64,000 nucleotides of DNA from Pecten maximus (taxonomy: Eukaryota), in contig NC_047015.1 in NCBI RefSeq assembly GCF_902652985.1, positions 33,542,001 to 33,606,000 of the forward strand, given 5' to 3'. The notes below the pieces were generated by a model. The model did no database searches. It was not told the DNA's origin and saw nothing but the letters and a program-made list of their open reading frames with translations. Positions within the stretch are counted from its first letter, which is position 1; every line of letters begins with the position of its first letter. This document shows positions 1 through 12,517 of the stretch, piece by piece. A program made the translations under genes and the position numbers.

Positions 1-12
1 TTGCAAATCGTT

Positions 13-310
13 GACAACAGAATACTACAAAACGTCCGCTCTGTATGACAACAGAATACTACAAAACGTCCGCTCTGTATGAAAACAGAAGATCACAAAT
101 CGTTCACTCTGTATGACAACAGAAGATCACAAATCCTCCGCTCTGTATGACAACAGAAGTCTACAAATCGTCCGCTCTGGATGATAACAGAAGACCACAA
201 AACGTGTGTTCTAGATGATAACAAGATAAAGTGATCTGACACGAATCCCCGCTCTATATGGTTACACAAGGTTACAGATCTTTGCTCTATATGATGACAA
301 AGGGCTTCAA
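13..310. repeat. 34-bp degenerate minisatellite (GACAACAGAATACTACAAAACGTCCGCTCTGTAT)
   Basis: Units start at 13, 47, 81, 115, 149, 183 and 217 and decay to the right; the array probably continues beyond the window start. Confidence 0.85.
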
Positions 311-678
311 ATCATCCGTATTAAGTGACTGGTTATTGGTTATTGGTGATATCTTTCTAACAAATATAATGTGGCTGTATTGTACACTAATTAATCTGTT
401 AAGATCTGCTTCATAGCAGGAATTGAACGATCTTCCATGGTCTCTTTAGCTACATATATACCTACCGCGGGATACTATGACAGAGAGCACGTCCGTATCA
501 TATTCCAGTTCACCCCGCTATTAATGTCCAAAAGTTGATTGGGATCATGCTACAGTACCAACAACATCTGTGAAACAGACAGAAGATAACACATATTCAG
601 ACAAAGCTACAGTATATTTTCAAATCGTTCAATTATCTTTCAAACATATACCGCACATGCCAGTCTGTCAGGTTGGTC

Positions 679-1030
679 GATCCAATGGTTTTACGTATAG
701 CGCTGTTAATCACGAACCCGATTATGTATTTACCAATACAATCTATAATTCTATCACTGACACGGGTTCATAAAGTAAATATTTGGCTTGCCAGTCTTCC
801 ATCGCTTCAGCTGCTGAGAGAGAGTGGATCACGACTGGCTGTGCGAAGCAGCGTGAACTGCACGCGTCCCACACCGTGCTGTCATACCTCGACGTACTGC
901 CGAGGCGGAGAAAATGTCGCGTAGTTGATAGCGCGAGTGGTCACTGTTTGTCCGTTATGGTAAGGGGAAAGTGCGCGATCGTGGCTGCGCGGCCTCGCTA
1001 TCCTAGAGATTGATCATGTGTAAGGTAAGT
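679..1030 (+). promoter_or_regulatory. Candidate Pol II promoter and non-coding first exon
   Basis: CCAAT at ~682 and ~733, CATAAAG at ~768, Inr-like CCAGT at ~791, a CpG-rich stretch at 800-1010, and a strong donor AAG|GTAAGT at 1024/1025. Motif evidence only. Confidence 0.35.
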
Positions 1031-2903
1031 CACTTCATTTCTCCTGTTACTGTGAGTACTGGGTTGTTAGTCACCAAATCGCGTGTAATGTTAGTTACAC
1101 AAACCTTTATAGTTGTGTGACGATTCACCAGATATTAATATAAGGTCGTAGTTAGCTGTATCTATTGTTAAATTGATAATACGATAAAAAAACTGTTATG
1201 CCATTGAAAGGATTGCGCAACGTCGTAATTATATGAAGCATGACGCTAGAACACATAACACTTCAAGTTAATGCTCTAAAAACACGGGAGTAAATCATGG
1301 ATGTGTAACTTTACCTGACTATACCGTCACACCTGGCAATACCAGGTAAGTCAGCCAGACATCTTATATTCGTCCCTAGGGACAATCTATCCTCAGTAGT
1401 AGCGCATTGTTTGTCTGTGGAATGGTGCTCAAATTATATTTTTGGTAAGGTATAAAGTACCACTACAATAATCAAGAGAAGATGATTATTGAAAAGGGTT
1501 TAAAATCCTTGAAACCAGAGACTTGTGAAACAGTCAAGATCATTATATTACGAGGATAACACCAAGAGAGAGTAAAGATTAGAGAAAAAGAGCAGAATTC
1601 CGGTAAATATTCTGTTCTTCTGGTATTATTCTCTGTTCCATATAGACGATGAACATCACCAAACAGATTTTCACTTATCAAGGAATTTATCACTTACTGT
1701 GATACCATAAATAGTGTAAGCTACATAGACAAAGTGTATTGATGTCAGATAGACTTTAGATTTTTTTGATTTTTTTCTTTTCGTCCCGGATATGACACGA
1801 CAGGTGACGTTACTGGTCAAAATGAAGTATGTGATTGGTCAATGTAGCGGTAAATGCAAAATGCAGATATGCAGTTAAAAACGAAACAAAGATAAGATTG
1901 AATGCAGGCTAAATAAGTGGATGTATCTTTTCAAATGACACATTGATAAAATTAAATACCTGATTTAAAAACAGTCTTATTATCACCAAAAATGATTCAA
2001 ACTGATATAATCTTGTTATCCGTGCTGAAACGCATTAGTTCGTTATTTTTTTTAACACCAGCAGTTTTACATTATAACCACCAGCATTAAAACTATGCCG
2101 TTTATCTTCTTTAAAGATATTTCTTGAAGTATTTTTTTTTTTTTTTTCAATTTAAAAAACTGAAATGTCAAGAAGCTTTGATACAGCGGTACCTTCCCTA
2201 CAAATTGTTCAAGCAAATACTTAGTATTTTATACATTTACCAGTTACGCCTGTTTCTGAAACAATTCTTTACCACTAGTAGAAATCAATTGAATAGTGTG
2301 TTTGAGATTGTGCTCAAACATTCAACAACATGACTTCCTGTGGTCGTTTCTTCATGAATAATTTTACTCTTCGCGTCAAATGAAAGTGTTGGCATACGAT
2401 GCCTCGCTTCACCTAATCAGTGCTGAATGTGTTTGTGACTGAAATACATTGTGTTAAACGTCTGGTATTGAGACATTGGAACAGAAAACATTAGGTGACT
2501 CTTATCAATGCCGCTTGTGGCTCCAAACCATGGCTGACCGAGTTGGACGTAAACACAATACTGGGAATTAAAAACAGTATCAGCCTGATGTGACTGTTTA
2601 TTCAGAGTAACACGTCTTCAATGATTGAGTTGTTGTATTGACAGTGTCTGTTGGAACCCGGCGTTATATACCGTAATTTACCGTCTGTGGTGGCAGCGGT
2701 GGGTGCTGCAATTAACAGTGCATATGTAATAGGTGTTACAATATTCAACATGTTTACACTTGTCCGCTCAACCAGAAACCAAAGCTGAAAATTATGTAGA
2801 GCTTAATTTTGCTATCGTTATACTCGGAAGACCGTCTTTGCATATGTTTTGAACGTCGACGCTTTTTGTTTGTGTTAATTTATACGATGATCTATAAATT
2901 ATT

Positions 2904-3155
2904 CATCAAACTCTGTTACGCCGACCTATCCCAAGTGTTAGCGAAACTTTTGGCATCAGACTCTGTTACACTAACGTATTCCAAGTATTGCCGCTCATGT
3001 AGGCATCAAACTATGTTACACCGACGTATTCTAAATGTTATCGCACCTGCAGGCATCAAACTGTTACACCGACGTATCCCACGTGTTAGCGCACCTTTAG
3101 ACATCAAACTGTTACAACGACATATCTCAAGTGTTAGCGCACCTGAAGGCATCAT
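2904..3155. repeat. Degenerate 48-50 bp tandem repeat, ~5 copies
   Basis: Recurring CATCAAACT(CT)GTTACACCGACGTAT...GTTAGCGCACCT. Confidence 0.8.
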
Positions 3156-4521
3156 ATATGTGAATGCTTGTAATCCATGAAAAGAAGCTTTCGGTCATTC
3201 AAATCGTCTTGAAGTAAGGCTTCTCTCAAAAGACTAAAGTTTCTATCGTCACCAAGGTGACCGATTGTATTTCTGATTAAAGTAGTTTCAGTTTCAGTAC
3301 AGACACCCAGCATACTCGAATATTTACAATCTGTTGTTAATTGATAGTATAAACCTATCGATTTCTACCACAAACATCAGCTTCAACTTTTTGTAAAACC
3401 CATTAAACCATGGGTAAATTAAAGCGACGCACAGACACACATCGTCCTATATTCCAGACACAGTCAATACAATGTATATGCTCATTGGAATGTACGATCT
3501 AAGTTTCCCTAACTTGTGTGAAAAATAAACCATAGCTTGTGTTTTCCTGTTCACTGATAATTCTCGGAAATTCATAGCAGTATTTGATGATTGTAGAATC
3601 CAAGGATGCCTAACGACATGTTCAATATAACTTTTATGAGTACTTGTAAAATATATGTATACTGGTCAGACCATAGGTTCAATGTACAGTGTTTTCTGGT
3701 CATTTTGTCGCGGATGATGTTAAGTATCCTAGTAACATTTGAAAGGTTAACATGTACGATGGAATCGTTCACTGGAAGAAATCGGAGATCTATAAACTAC
3801 AATGAAGTCTGTTTGATTTAGACACTAACTTGCAGGCATGTTTTTCTGTCAAACATCCAATTTGAAATTGCATTGTGATATATACAACTAATGATATGGA
3901 AGTCGAGTCTGTACTAGTTTCCGGTTTCGTTGGTTTGGTGGTTGGATACAGATTGCATTATATATTCTCTGCATAGTATCTGATAGAATCATTGTTCCCC
4001 TCCCTGTGTAACTGTCAGCAGTTTACAATGATGTTATTGGAATCGTAACAATCGGGTACTACATGGTCAATGTCAGATGTCAACCAACCTTACTGTCAGA
4101 CGTAAAACCAAGACAAGAAAGGTTGGGTTCTGTATACTATAAGTATATATACGGCTTCCCTTTATCTGCCGACGTTCGTCACAGTAGGAGTATGTTGGGT
4201 TGAGTTATGAGGTGCTTCAGGAAACCACCAAACCCCTTCGTAAAAACTGTCATCTTTGACGAATAGTATTCCGAAATATTCCATTCCCTACTCTTTACTA
4301 AACAATACACAACACATAGAAATCTAATCAAGTTACAAGCTCAGTAGTGAGATAAACAATCAGTTTACCCGCATTGTATTTTATTTTTAAGTCTAAATAA
4401 AACATATGTACAGAGTTGTGCACTAACTCTCCCTGATATCCCATTAACACATTTATCGTGGGTTGTGAATTTAACAGCTTCTGAAGTTTATACAAATGAT
4501 CCTTTTTATACATTCTGATAT

Positions 4522-4565
4522 GTGCGTGCGTGTATGCGTGCGTTCGTGCGTGCGTTCGTGCGTGC
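4522..4565. repeat. (GTGC)n microsatellite
   Basis: gtgcgtgcgtgtatgcgtgcgttcgtgcg... Confidence 0.85.
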
Positions 4566-5133
4566 TAAACAAAGGAAAATGAAGAACAGGAATAGCGTAT
4601 ATTAGTTCAATGAGTATATATGTATATATATAAGGTAACAAGTTGTTATATGCAAATTAGGTAGGGAATTTTAAGTATGAAACCTTAGATATTGAATATG
4701 AGATAATGGATATTTACAGTAAGGACACTATTTAAGAGTTGTTATACTGTTTTCACAATGGAACATTTTTCGAGCCTAGAACCCCAGCATTCATCACAGG
4801 ATTCCATCCTCTCAAGGATACAGACTAAAAGTGTACAGTCTAGAGTCCAGAACTCGTCCATAAAAATACAAAAGCAATACGACAGAATAGCTAATAGGTC
4901 ATTACGGTTGCTGAATTGAAAGACATTGCCCAACAGCAACTCAGATGAAAATGTTTGATACAAAGGAATGATATATGTTCCGTTATAACATTCCACTTTA
5001 AAGTCTTGACGAAAATCACATTCTACCAATACCAGAACTGGTTCCAATTATACAAATGTGCACGTTAATGTTTGAAAATTATCCAACATCCTAATTTCAT
5101 CATATTCATTGAAAAATGGGGTAAATACAACGC

Positions 5134-5662
5134 CCTGCAGGTAGGGCGTAAGAATTGTACCTGCTGCCCTCATTGCATGATCGTAAGAGACAGCTAAATT
5201 TAGGATCTTATCTTTTCTCTTCTTTCTTAACAGCTTTCTTCTTCCTAATGTCTCCCTTGACAATGCCTCACATTTGGCCTTTAGTTGAGCGTTCGCCCCT
5301 GTGAGGAAGGCTTTGGGTTCTGTCCCCTGGCCGAGACATACCAGAGTCTTTAAAAATGGTAGTGCTACTCCTGCTAAGCGCTCAGCATATTAGGAGTTGG
5401 ACGACTGGTTCGCGCGTTGTCAGTATAATATGACCGGGTGGAGTGTCCTGTTGTGTGTATTCGGCAGTATGCTTCAGTGAGATAGCACTATAAATCGGCA
5501 AAAGTTCCGGCCTATCACAAGGAGACATAACACAAACATACCGCAGCCTCCCAAAACACACACGCACTCACCACACGCATGCATATCGCACGCACGGGAG
5601 GCCGTCCTTATAATGACCTTAGCTGTTGATAGGACGTTAAACAAATAAAACCAAACCAAACC
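5134..5662 (+). mobile_element. Full-length composite SINE (structured 5' module, degenerate tRNA region, Meta-like core, LINE-derived tail)
   Basis: TSD AAATACAACGC(C) at 5123-5133/4 and 5663-5673/4; tRNA-like segment at ~5275-5335; core TAAAAATGGTAG..GCTAAGCGCTCAGCATA; tail GCTGTTGATAGGACGTTAAACAAATAAA(ACCAA)n. Confidence 0.85.
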
Positions 5663-6559
5663 AAATACAACGCCATTTATGTTTTAACACTTATTTAGGT
5701 CCATTTTCATTTACCTAACTTCTCTTCTGGACTTCCACACCTTCAATCCCTTACATCACTTAGGAGTCCGAGGAGGACGGACCGATAAAGCGAGTGTTAC
5801 ATCAATTACATGACATCTTCACCTATCATGGAATCCACATTTAATATTTTTATTAACATATTTTCCCATTCCATTGTACAATTGTATATCCTGAAGTTTG
5901 GGTTATTTGATCTACAAACGTAGACTGATATGATTTTATATGGAACATCAAATTGTATTCAAAGACAGAGCAGAGTTAGAAGTGCCATCTTCACGCCGCA
6001 TGATAAATCCTTTAAGAGTATTTCTGTCACTGCCCTAAGCGCTCTATAGAAATACAAGTACACAATGCGTGATCTCTAATTGGTTGTAGTGAACACCTGT
6101 TCCTGTTAGAATCTCATCATTGCGCTTTCCAATTATTTGTAGCAATTGCTTTACGAAATTCAACGCGCTGCAAGTTTTCTGTAAACTTAAAATTAGCTTG
6201 CTTAATTTGTTGGGTTTGTTAGTTTCATAAGTGATTGACATCGGAGTCATCCAGGATACAGATATGAAAGATCGCCATAAAGAGCATAATCCATCTGTTC
6301 CTTCCTTTTGACACTCTAGATGGTAGTGGCCAGAAGTGTTAAAATCGGTCTATATAAACGATGAGTTGTATATTAAATGCTGACAATTTTTCAAAGAATA
6401 AAAATTTGTATATCCTGAGTCAGTGACATTATTTATACGGACTTAGTCATGGTAGGCAGGTTACTACAAACGTTTGGACTAAAGTACCCACAAAAACAGC
6501 TCCTCATTCAGTAATCTAACAATGTATGATGGTAATATCCAAACGCAAAAATACAGTAA

Positions 6560-6850
6560 ATTTCCAAACTCTGGAAACATGAATTATCTTATCAATGATG
6601 GGATGTTACATAACATGCGTAATTATTTCAATTAGCTTTTTTTCCCGTTTCTAGATGATAACATCCCGCTTCCCCAGCATACGAAGTATATGCAGCACCT
6701 GATTCCATATCCAAGCACTTCCAAAACTCGATATATAAAGATGACGACTGATGGCAAAAATATATTACAATACAGGGTTTCGAGAGAGATATTTTGATAA
6801 AGACTAGTTTATGTTACATGTAGCATTGTGTGATCTTGTTTAGGTGTGCG
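6560..6850 (+). pseudogene. Penelope-like element RT relic
   Basis: Frameshifted translation FPFLDDNIP-SPAYEVY..LIPY resembles the PLE motif NFPFLxSNIPxSPAYGVYxSQLIRY. Confidence 0.5.
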
Positions 6851-8351
6851 TCTTGGACGTGCTCGTTGACATGCTGGTGGTTCTGTTGCCCCTATTTCAG
6901 TTGTCATTTTGAGGATGTGGCACTTCCTTCTTTGACCTACAGTGTAGATTTATAAAGCTGATTACGGTAATGAAATCCCTCCGATACACGCGGTCTTATT
7001 GTCTCTGTACATGGTCTCAATTTACAAAATCGTTTATACGCCATATTTGTTGTATCGGTTTTGGTTTAGGATAACGGGTTTATTTACATGACAGTGTTCC
7101 TGTTCCGTGATGTTTTCGTCCGTTGGTAGGCTTATTTAAAAAAAAAAAAGCAAAAAAAAAAAGTCCTTATCAGCACTGCCTATCATTCACAATATTAATT
7201 CTTACTTCTTAAATAGCAAATATACAAAGCATTAAAGTGAATACTAAAGTTGCGTTGATTAGATCAGCTTTCACTCTTCCGGTACAATTTCAGCCTCGAG
7301 AGACATCAATTAATTAGACGCCGATAGTTATGAGCCGATATTTATTGGAGCAGTAGCCAGTCTGGAGTAGGAGAACAAGATGGCCGCCACTGATACCATG
7401 TAGTTACTGATTAGGTATCAATATATGTCGGATATTTGTACCATGATTCTCGGGAAGTCTCGCGAGATTAGCTGGTATGATACCGAGACACTAATTAACC
7501 ACAGTCTACTACAATAAACCAGTCTCTGTATATTGGTATGTCGAGTAGACTGGCGTGACAGTCAACGATCGCTACATACAACGAAGGACTTGGGGTCAAA
7601 CCAGTCTGACATCACGTTCAGTGACTCTAGGTTTCATCAATGACAATTTGAATATGGACGAACTAACAGAAAATTGTCCTTTTTGTAAATGTTGCTATAT
7701 TAAGACCAATCTCTCGTTTCCTTGGTGATTGTCATTGGAAGTCGAACAGTGTCCTGTATTGAAAATATCCGTAAGTAGTGGCTTTGTTTCCGTCTGTCTG
7801 AAAACATATTACTGTTATAGAAAGTCAGTTTTTATCTGATTTAGTATGGATTATACAGAGGTTCTTGTAAATCAGATTACAGATCAGGAAATGTAAAACG
7901 AAAACGTACAATAATGCCATTTTATCATCTGATATCTGAGACTGTTTCGATATGTAGAATTCCTGTAATGCATGTTAAATGTGCAGAATTATGGACAAAT
8001 GAACCAGAAGTCATGCCTAAACATCAATTTCCATGTCACAAAAATGTTTGTCTTCTGTCTATTTAACAGTTTCTACAAAATATAAACAAAAGAATAGGCA
8101 CAGGTACGAGTAATAAAATATCTGCACCACATAGGTGTTTTATCCCTCTCGGATTTTACTCTGATCATAACTAAATAGAAGGAAAACACAGCTCGTATTT
8201 TCTTTCTTTACTGATCCAAACAACATATTAGTTTATAACTTCTCCTTTCATAAATACAGTGTCTTTGTCTTCGTCTTTCAGGATTTGCCGATTTTCTCAT
8301 CAATGGCAAGGATAGGGCTGCATATACGAATTTCAGTTATCAATAACTTAC

Positions 8352-8506
8352 AGCCACTGAGAAAGATTGTGGAAAACATGTTCAGACCTTTGCATATATG
8401 CATCTTTATCTTTCATATTTGTTATGTCATATACCTCTATCCTAAACGCATTGACAATACACATGCAATCTATTATTCGCCGCGGTCCTGTTCTCCTGTC
8501 ATCCAT
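8352..8506 (-). other. Candidate first coding exon (MDDRRTGPRR...HNLSQW, phase-2 donor)
   Basis: Kozak-like AAAC-ATG-G at 8506, 51 open codons, then CT|GTAAGT donor. No homology recognised. Confidence 0.35.
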
Positions 8507-8731
8507 GTTTAATTCTCTGCGGACCTGTCTGTAGCTGTTCCGTCCTCGTGCAATCGATAAAACGATATCGTATATGAAAAGCACCGCCGTACAATTTATT
8601 CAAATATGTAAATTGTTCTCACAGTTTCCATATTGTTGACTTTTAATTACTATAAACCAGATCATCAAATCTAAACATTCCGCCAAGAACAAAGCATCAT
8701 CGTTGCGTGAAAAATAAAATGAGCATTTTTG

Positions 8732-9099
8732 TGATCCCATGTGGCATATATGATCCCATGTGGCCTGTATGATCCCATGTGGCCTGTATGATCTCATGTG
8801 GCCTGTATGATCCCATGTGGCCTGTATGATCTCATGTGGCCTGTATGATCCCATGTGGCCTGTGTGATCTCATGTGGCCTGTATGATCTCATGTGGCCTG
8901 TATGATCGCATGTGGCCTGTATGATCTCATGTGGCCTGTATAATCCCATGTGGCCTGTGTGATCTCATGTGGCCTGTATGATCCCATGTGGCCTGTATAA
9001 TCCCATGTGGCCTGTATAATCCCATGTGGCCTGTATGATCCCATGTGGCCTGTATAATCCCATGTGGCCTGTATAATCCCATGTGGCCTGTATGATCCT
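8732..9099. repeat. 19-bp minisatellite (GATCCCATGTGGCCTGTAT), ~19 copies
   Basis: Direct tandem periodicity. Confidence 0.95.
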
Positions 9100-9296
9100 C
9101 GCACTATTACAGGCCATCTGGTATCATTGAAAACTATGTAGCCAATCACGTTCTATTTAAGAGAGCCGATTTTGACTTCAAATTATATACACAATTTTCT
9201 GCATATAAATACTAACAGTAAGACAGAATTTGTGAATTGAAGTAAATCCGACACATAACCCTGATAAATATTAGCCGCAATATAACGCTCGTTTAG

Positions 9297-9365
9297 ATAA
9301 CTTGATTGGTTGAGCGTACGATCAGTAACCTAGAGGACACGGATTCGATCCCTGGCTGAGGCAGT
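9297..9365 (+). mobile_element. Degenerate tRNA-derived SINE head
   Basis: A-box-like TAACTTGATTGGTTGAGCG and B-box-like GGATTCGATCCC at tRNA-like spacing. Confidence 0.45.
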
Positions 9366-11084
9366 GATATAAAAATGTAATCAATAAAGACATCTGCATC
9401 ATACAAAATTATCATACCGCAACGTGACCAAGCAACAAACTTTATCACATCTTAATGTTTCTGATAATTCTGATCTTTGTTATCGGACATTAGTGGTTTT
9501 TGTTGCTGTTGTTGTTTTTTTTTCTCCATGTAACTCCACGTATATTCTGACATTTAAACTAATTTAACCTTCTCTGTGAATGTCCGACACGTGCTGAATG
9601 TAACCCACTTGGTGTCGTTCTACATCAGCACATGGCCACTGTGACATGTCATAGCTTCTGGGGATTAGTTTGACTATAAAAGACAATCGAGGTTTTTCTT
9701 CCTTTTAACCTTGTACGTGTTTAAAGTTTTATGTGTGATAACTGTTGATGGAGACGTCGGATCAATGATATTCTGGACTATAGCGCAGCCCTGTAATAAC
9801 ATCAACATACACATACGTGAGCTGCATATTGTTCGAAGAGTACGGTCAGTTTCGCTTTATCTTGCTAAACATTAAAGACGTTTTCATGAATCTTTTTCCC
9901 CTGACAATTATGGATAGAAAACAATGGCTGTCAACCTATGAATTGAGATTGATGACGATAAAATACGCCTCGTTTTCCGTCAATCCCGCGTGACTGTCCC
10001 GTCGCACGGTCGACATGTATTTCCGCTTGTCCCAAATCGTCTCACTACTCGCCAGTATTCAACATTTCCATGCAGACCAAATCGAATTCCCAACCATCTA
10101 CAGATAAAGAACCATTTTGCACTGGAATGCCTACAAATGTTATATCAGATATCTTCATTGCACACATTTAATCGCCTCCCTTTAACCGATTGATCAGATG
10201 TTACGTAATTGGTTTTCAAACAAATCAACAAAAAACATAATATTGAAACCCCTTTTGGGATTAAACTGATAATTGTGTTGGTAAAACAAACTGCGTTCTG
10301 TCTAAAAAATGACTCGGTATAAGGGGTAACAAGAGACTATTCCGGCCCGGATGTCGTCTGCGTCAAAACTCCACGAGGAATTGCACTGCTGGTTGTTTCG
10401 GTGCACTTAAAACATGGTCGATTTCTGTAATTCGCGACTTCCTGTCGCTCTAAATAGCCCGAAACCTCGTTGTTTGAAATAACCACTTTCATGTTTTCTC
10501 TTCCTTAACAGTATTTAACATCCTTCCCGAACCCCAGAGGTCACGCAGGACACGTGACTATGACACTCACTGAAAGTCGTGACACAAAAATCATTATCAC
10601 TTTAAAGATGTAAATTGAAGTCTTTTCACAGAAAACTCGACAAGAAACGCGGGTTATTCAGTTCTTTATATTGAATCATTCATTTGAAATTGACTTTTTT
10701 AATCGATACAATAAATAGATGATGCAATGCCTTCGAACGTGATGACTTTTAAGTGATTTATTATTTTGTTGAAACATTTTACACATCAGAAATAAAGCAC
10801 ATAGGGAAATTGAGAAAAACACAAAATCTTGTTTTAATTCATATCAAAAGCGTGACGATGGCAGGTCAATTGTCAACACAACAATTTTTTGCTAAATAAA
10901 CGTGAATAATTACATTTTTGGTAAGAAAATAAAATGTATCAAGATGAGATATTCTTCATTTAAATTATATTAAGTAAGCAAGATGAAATATTATATGCCT
11001 TAAAATGAATGCATTTTCAATTCTCCGGGGATTACGATCAATTCTGCTCTCTTCATCCTGGAAGCCAGTACTCGTTGCCCTATT

Positions 11085-11900
11085 GGTGTCTCCTTGACTC
11101 CATTGCTCATGACCTTTGCTATTGTTGTCTCTTTGTCTACAGTGCTCATGACCCTGATTGTTGATGTCTCCTTGACTCCTGCCCATGACCTTGGCTGTTG
11201 ATGTCTTCTTGACTCCCGCCCCATGACCTTGGCTGTTGATGTCTCTTTGACTCCCGCCCCATGACCTTGGCTGTTGATGTAACTTTGACTCCCGCCCCAT
11301 GACCTTGGCTGTTGATGTAACTCCTTGACTCCCGCCCCATGACCTTGGCTGTTGATGTCTCTTTGACTCCCGCCCCATAACCTTGGCTGTTGATGTCTCT
11401 TTGACTCCCGCCTCATGACCTTGGCTGTTGATGTCTCTTTGACTCCCGCCCCATGACCTTGGCTGTTGATGTAACTTTGACTCCCGCCTCATGACCTTGG
11501 CTGTTGATGTCTCCTTGACTCCCGCCCCATGACCTTGGCTGTTGATGTAACTTTGACTCCCGCCTCATGACCCTGAATGTTGATGTCTCTTTGACTCCCG
11601 CCCCATGACCCTGAATGTTGATGTCTCTTTGACTCCCGCCTCATGACCTTGGCTGTTGATGTCTCTTTGACTCCCGCCCCATGACCTTGGCTGTTGATAT
11701 CTCTTTGACTCCCGCCCCATGACCTTGGCTGTTGATGTCTCTTTGACTCCCGCCCCATGACCTTGGCTGCTGATGTCTCCTTGACTCCCGCCCCATGACC
11801 TTGGCTGTTGATGTCTCTTTGACTCCCGCCCCATGACCTTGGCTGTTGATGTCTCTTTGACTCCCGCCCCATGACCTTGGCTGTTGATGTCTCTTTGACT
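11085..11900. repeat. 38-bp minisatellite (GACTCCCGCCCCATGACCTTGGCTGTTGATGTCTCTTT), ~21 copies
   Basis: Tandem periodicity of 38 bp; explains the ORFs at 10965-11872. Confidence 0.95.
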
Positions 11901-12517
11901 ACGCTCCTTGTCCGACCCCTGTTGCTGCGAGGATGTTACTGTGTGCCAATATGAGACATTTTAAAGGGGGGGATCACTATGTTATTGTGTCCCCAGAAAA
12001 GTATGGTGGACACTTAAAGATTCACTTTACACGTCAATCTTTAGTTGTTCGGATTTTGTTTCCTAACCGCTTATCACATCAATTTGTAAATTACTATGTG
12101 GCTTTGTCAGAATGAATTACAGTTTTGAGTTCAAACCCCATGTCAATATTTCAATTTTACTCGAGTTATTGCCCTTTGAAAATAAGAATTTTCCCCCGCT
12201 ACTGCTTGCTTCATCACTTTGTTACTTGATAGATGGCTTTATGATATTGAATCACAGATCGAGTCTGAACCAATGTGTTGAAATTTTCATTTTTTGCTGG
12301 AGTTATGAATATATTTGCACATTGTAAATTCGCATAATTAGCAATCAGGTCTGTTTTTCTACAGCTTGCCACATCATATTAATAATGGATTGCAGGTCAT
12401 ACTTGAAACCTGTGTTAATATTCTTTATCATTTTGCTGGAGTTACGGCCCCTTGGACATAAGAAATTCTCATAATTGTTTCCCGTATTTTTAGCGAAATG
12501 TTTGCCGTATCAATTTC

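Noticed and set aside
9297-9365. tRNA gene (also 30765-30835)
   Set aside because: Acceptor stem and arms do not pair properly; these are SINE heads.
10319-11004. Possible non-autonomous DNA transposon (also ~1680-2416 and end fragments at ~62445 and ~63400)
   Set aside because: Looks repeat-like, but no matching TIR pair or TSD could be shown from this window alone.
10965-11872. Repetitive Gly/Gln/Ser ORFs
   Set aside because: The 38-bp unit is not a multiple of 3 and the same peptide cycles through all frames.
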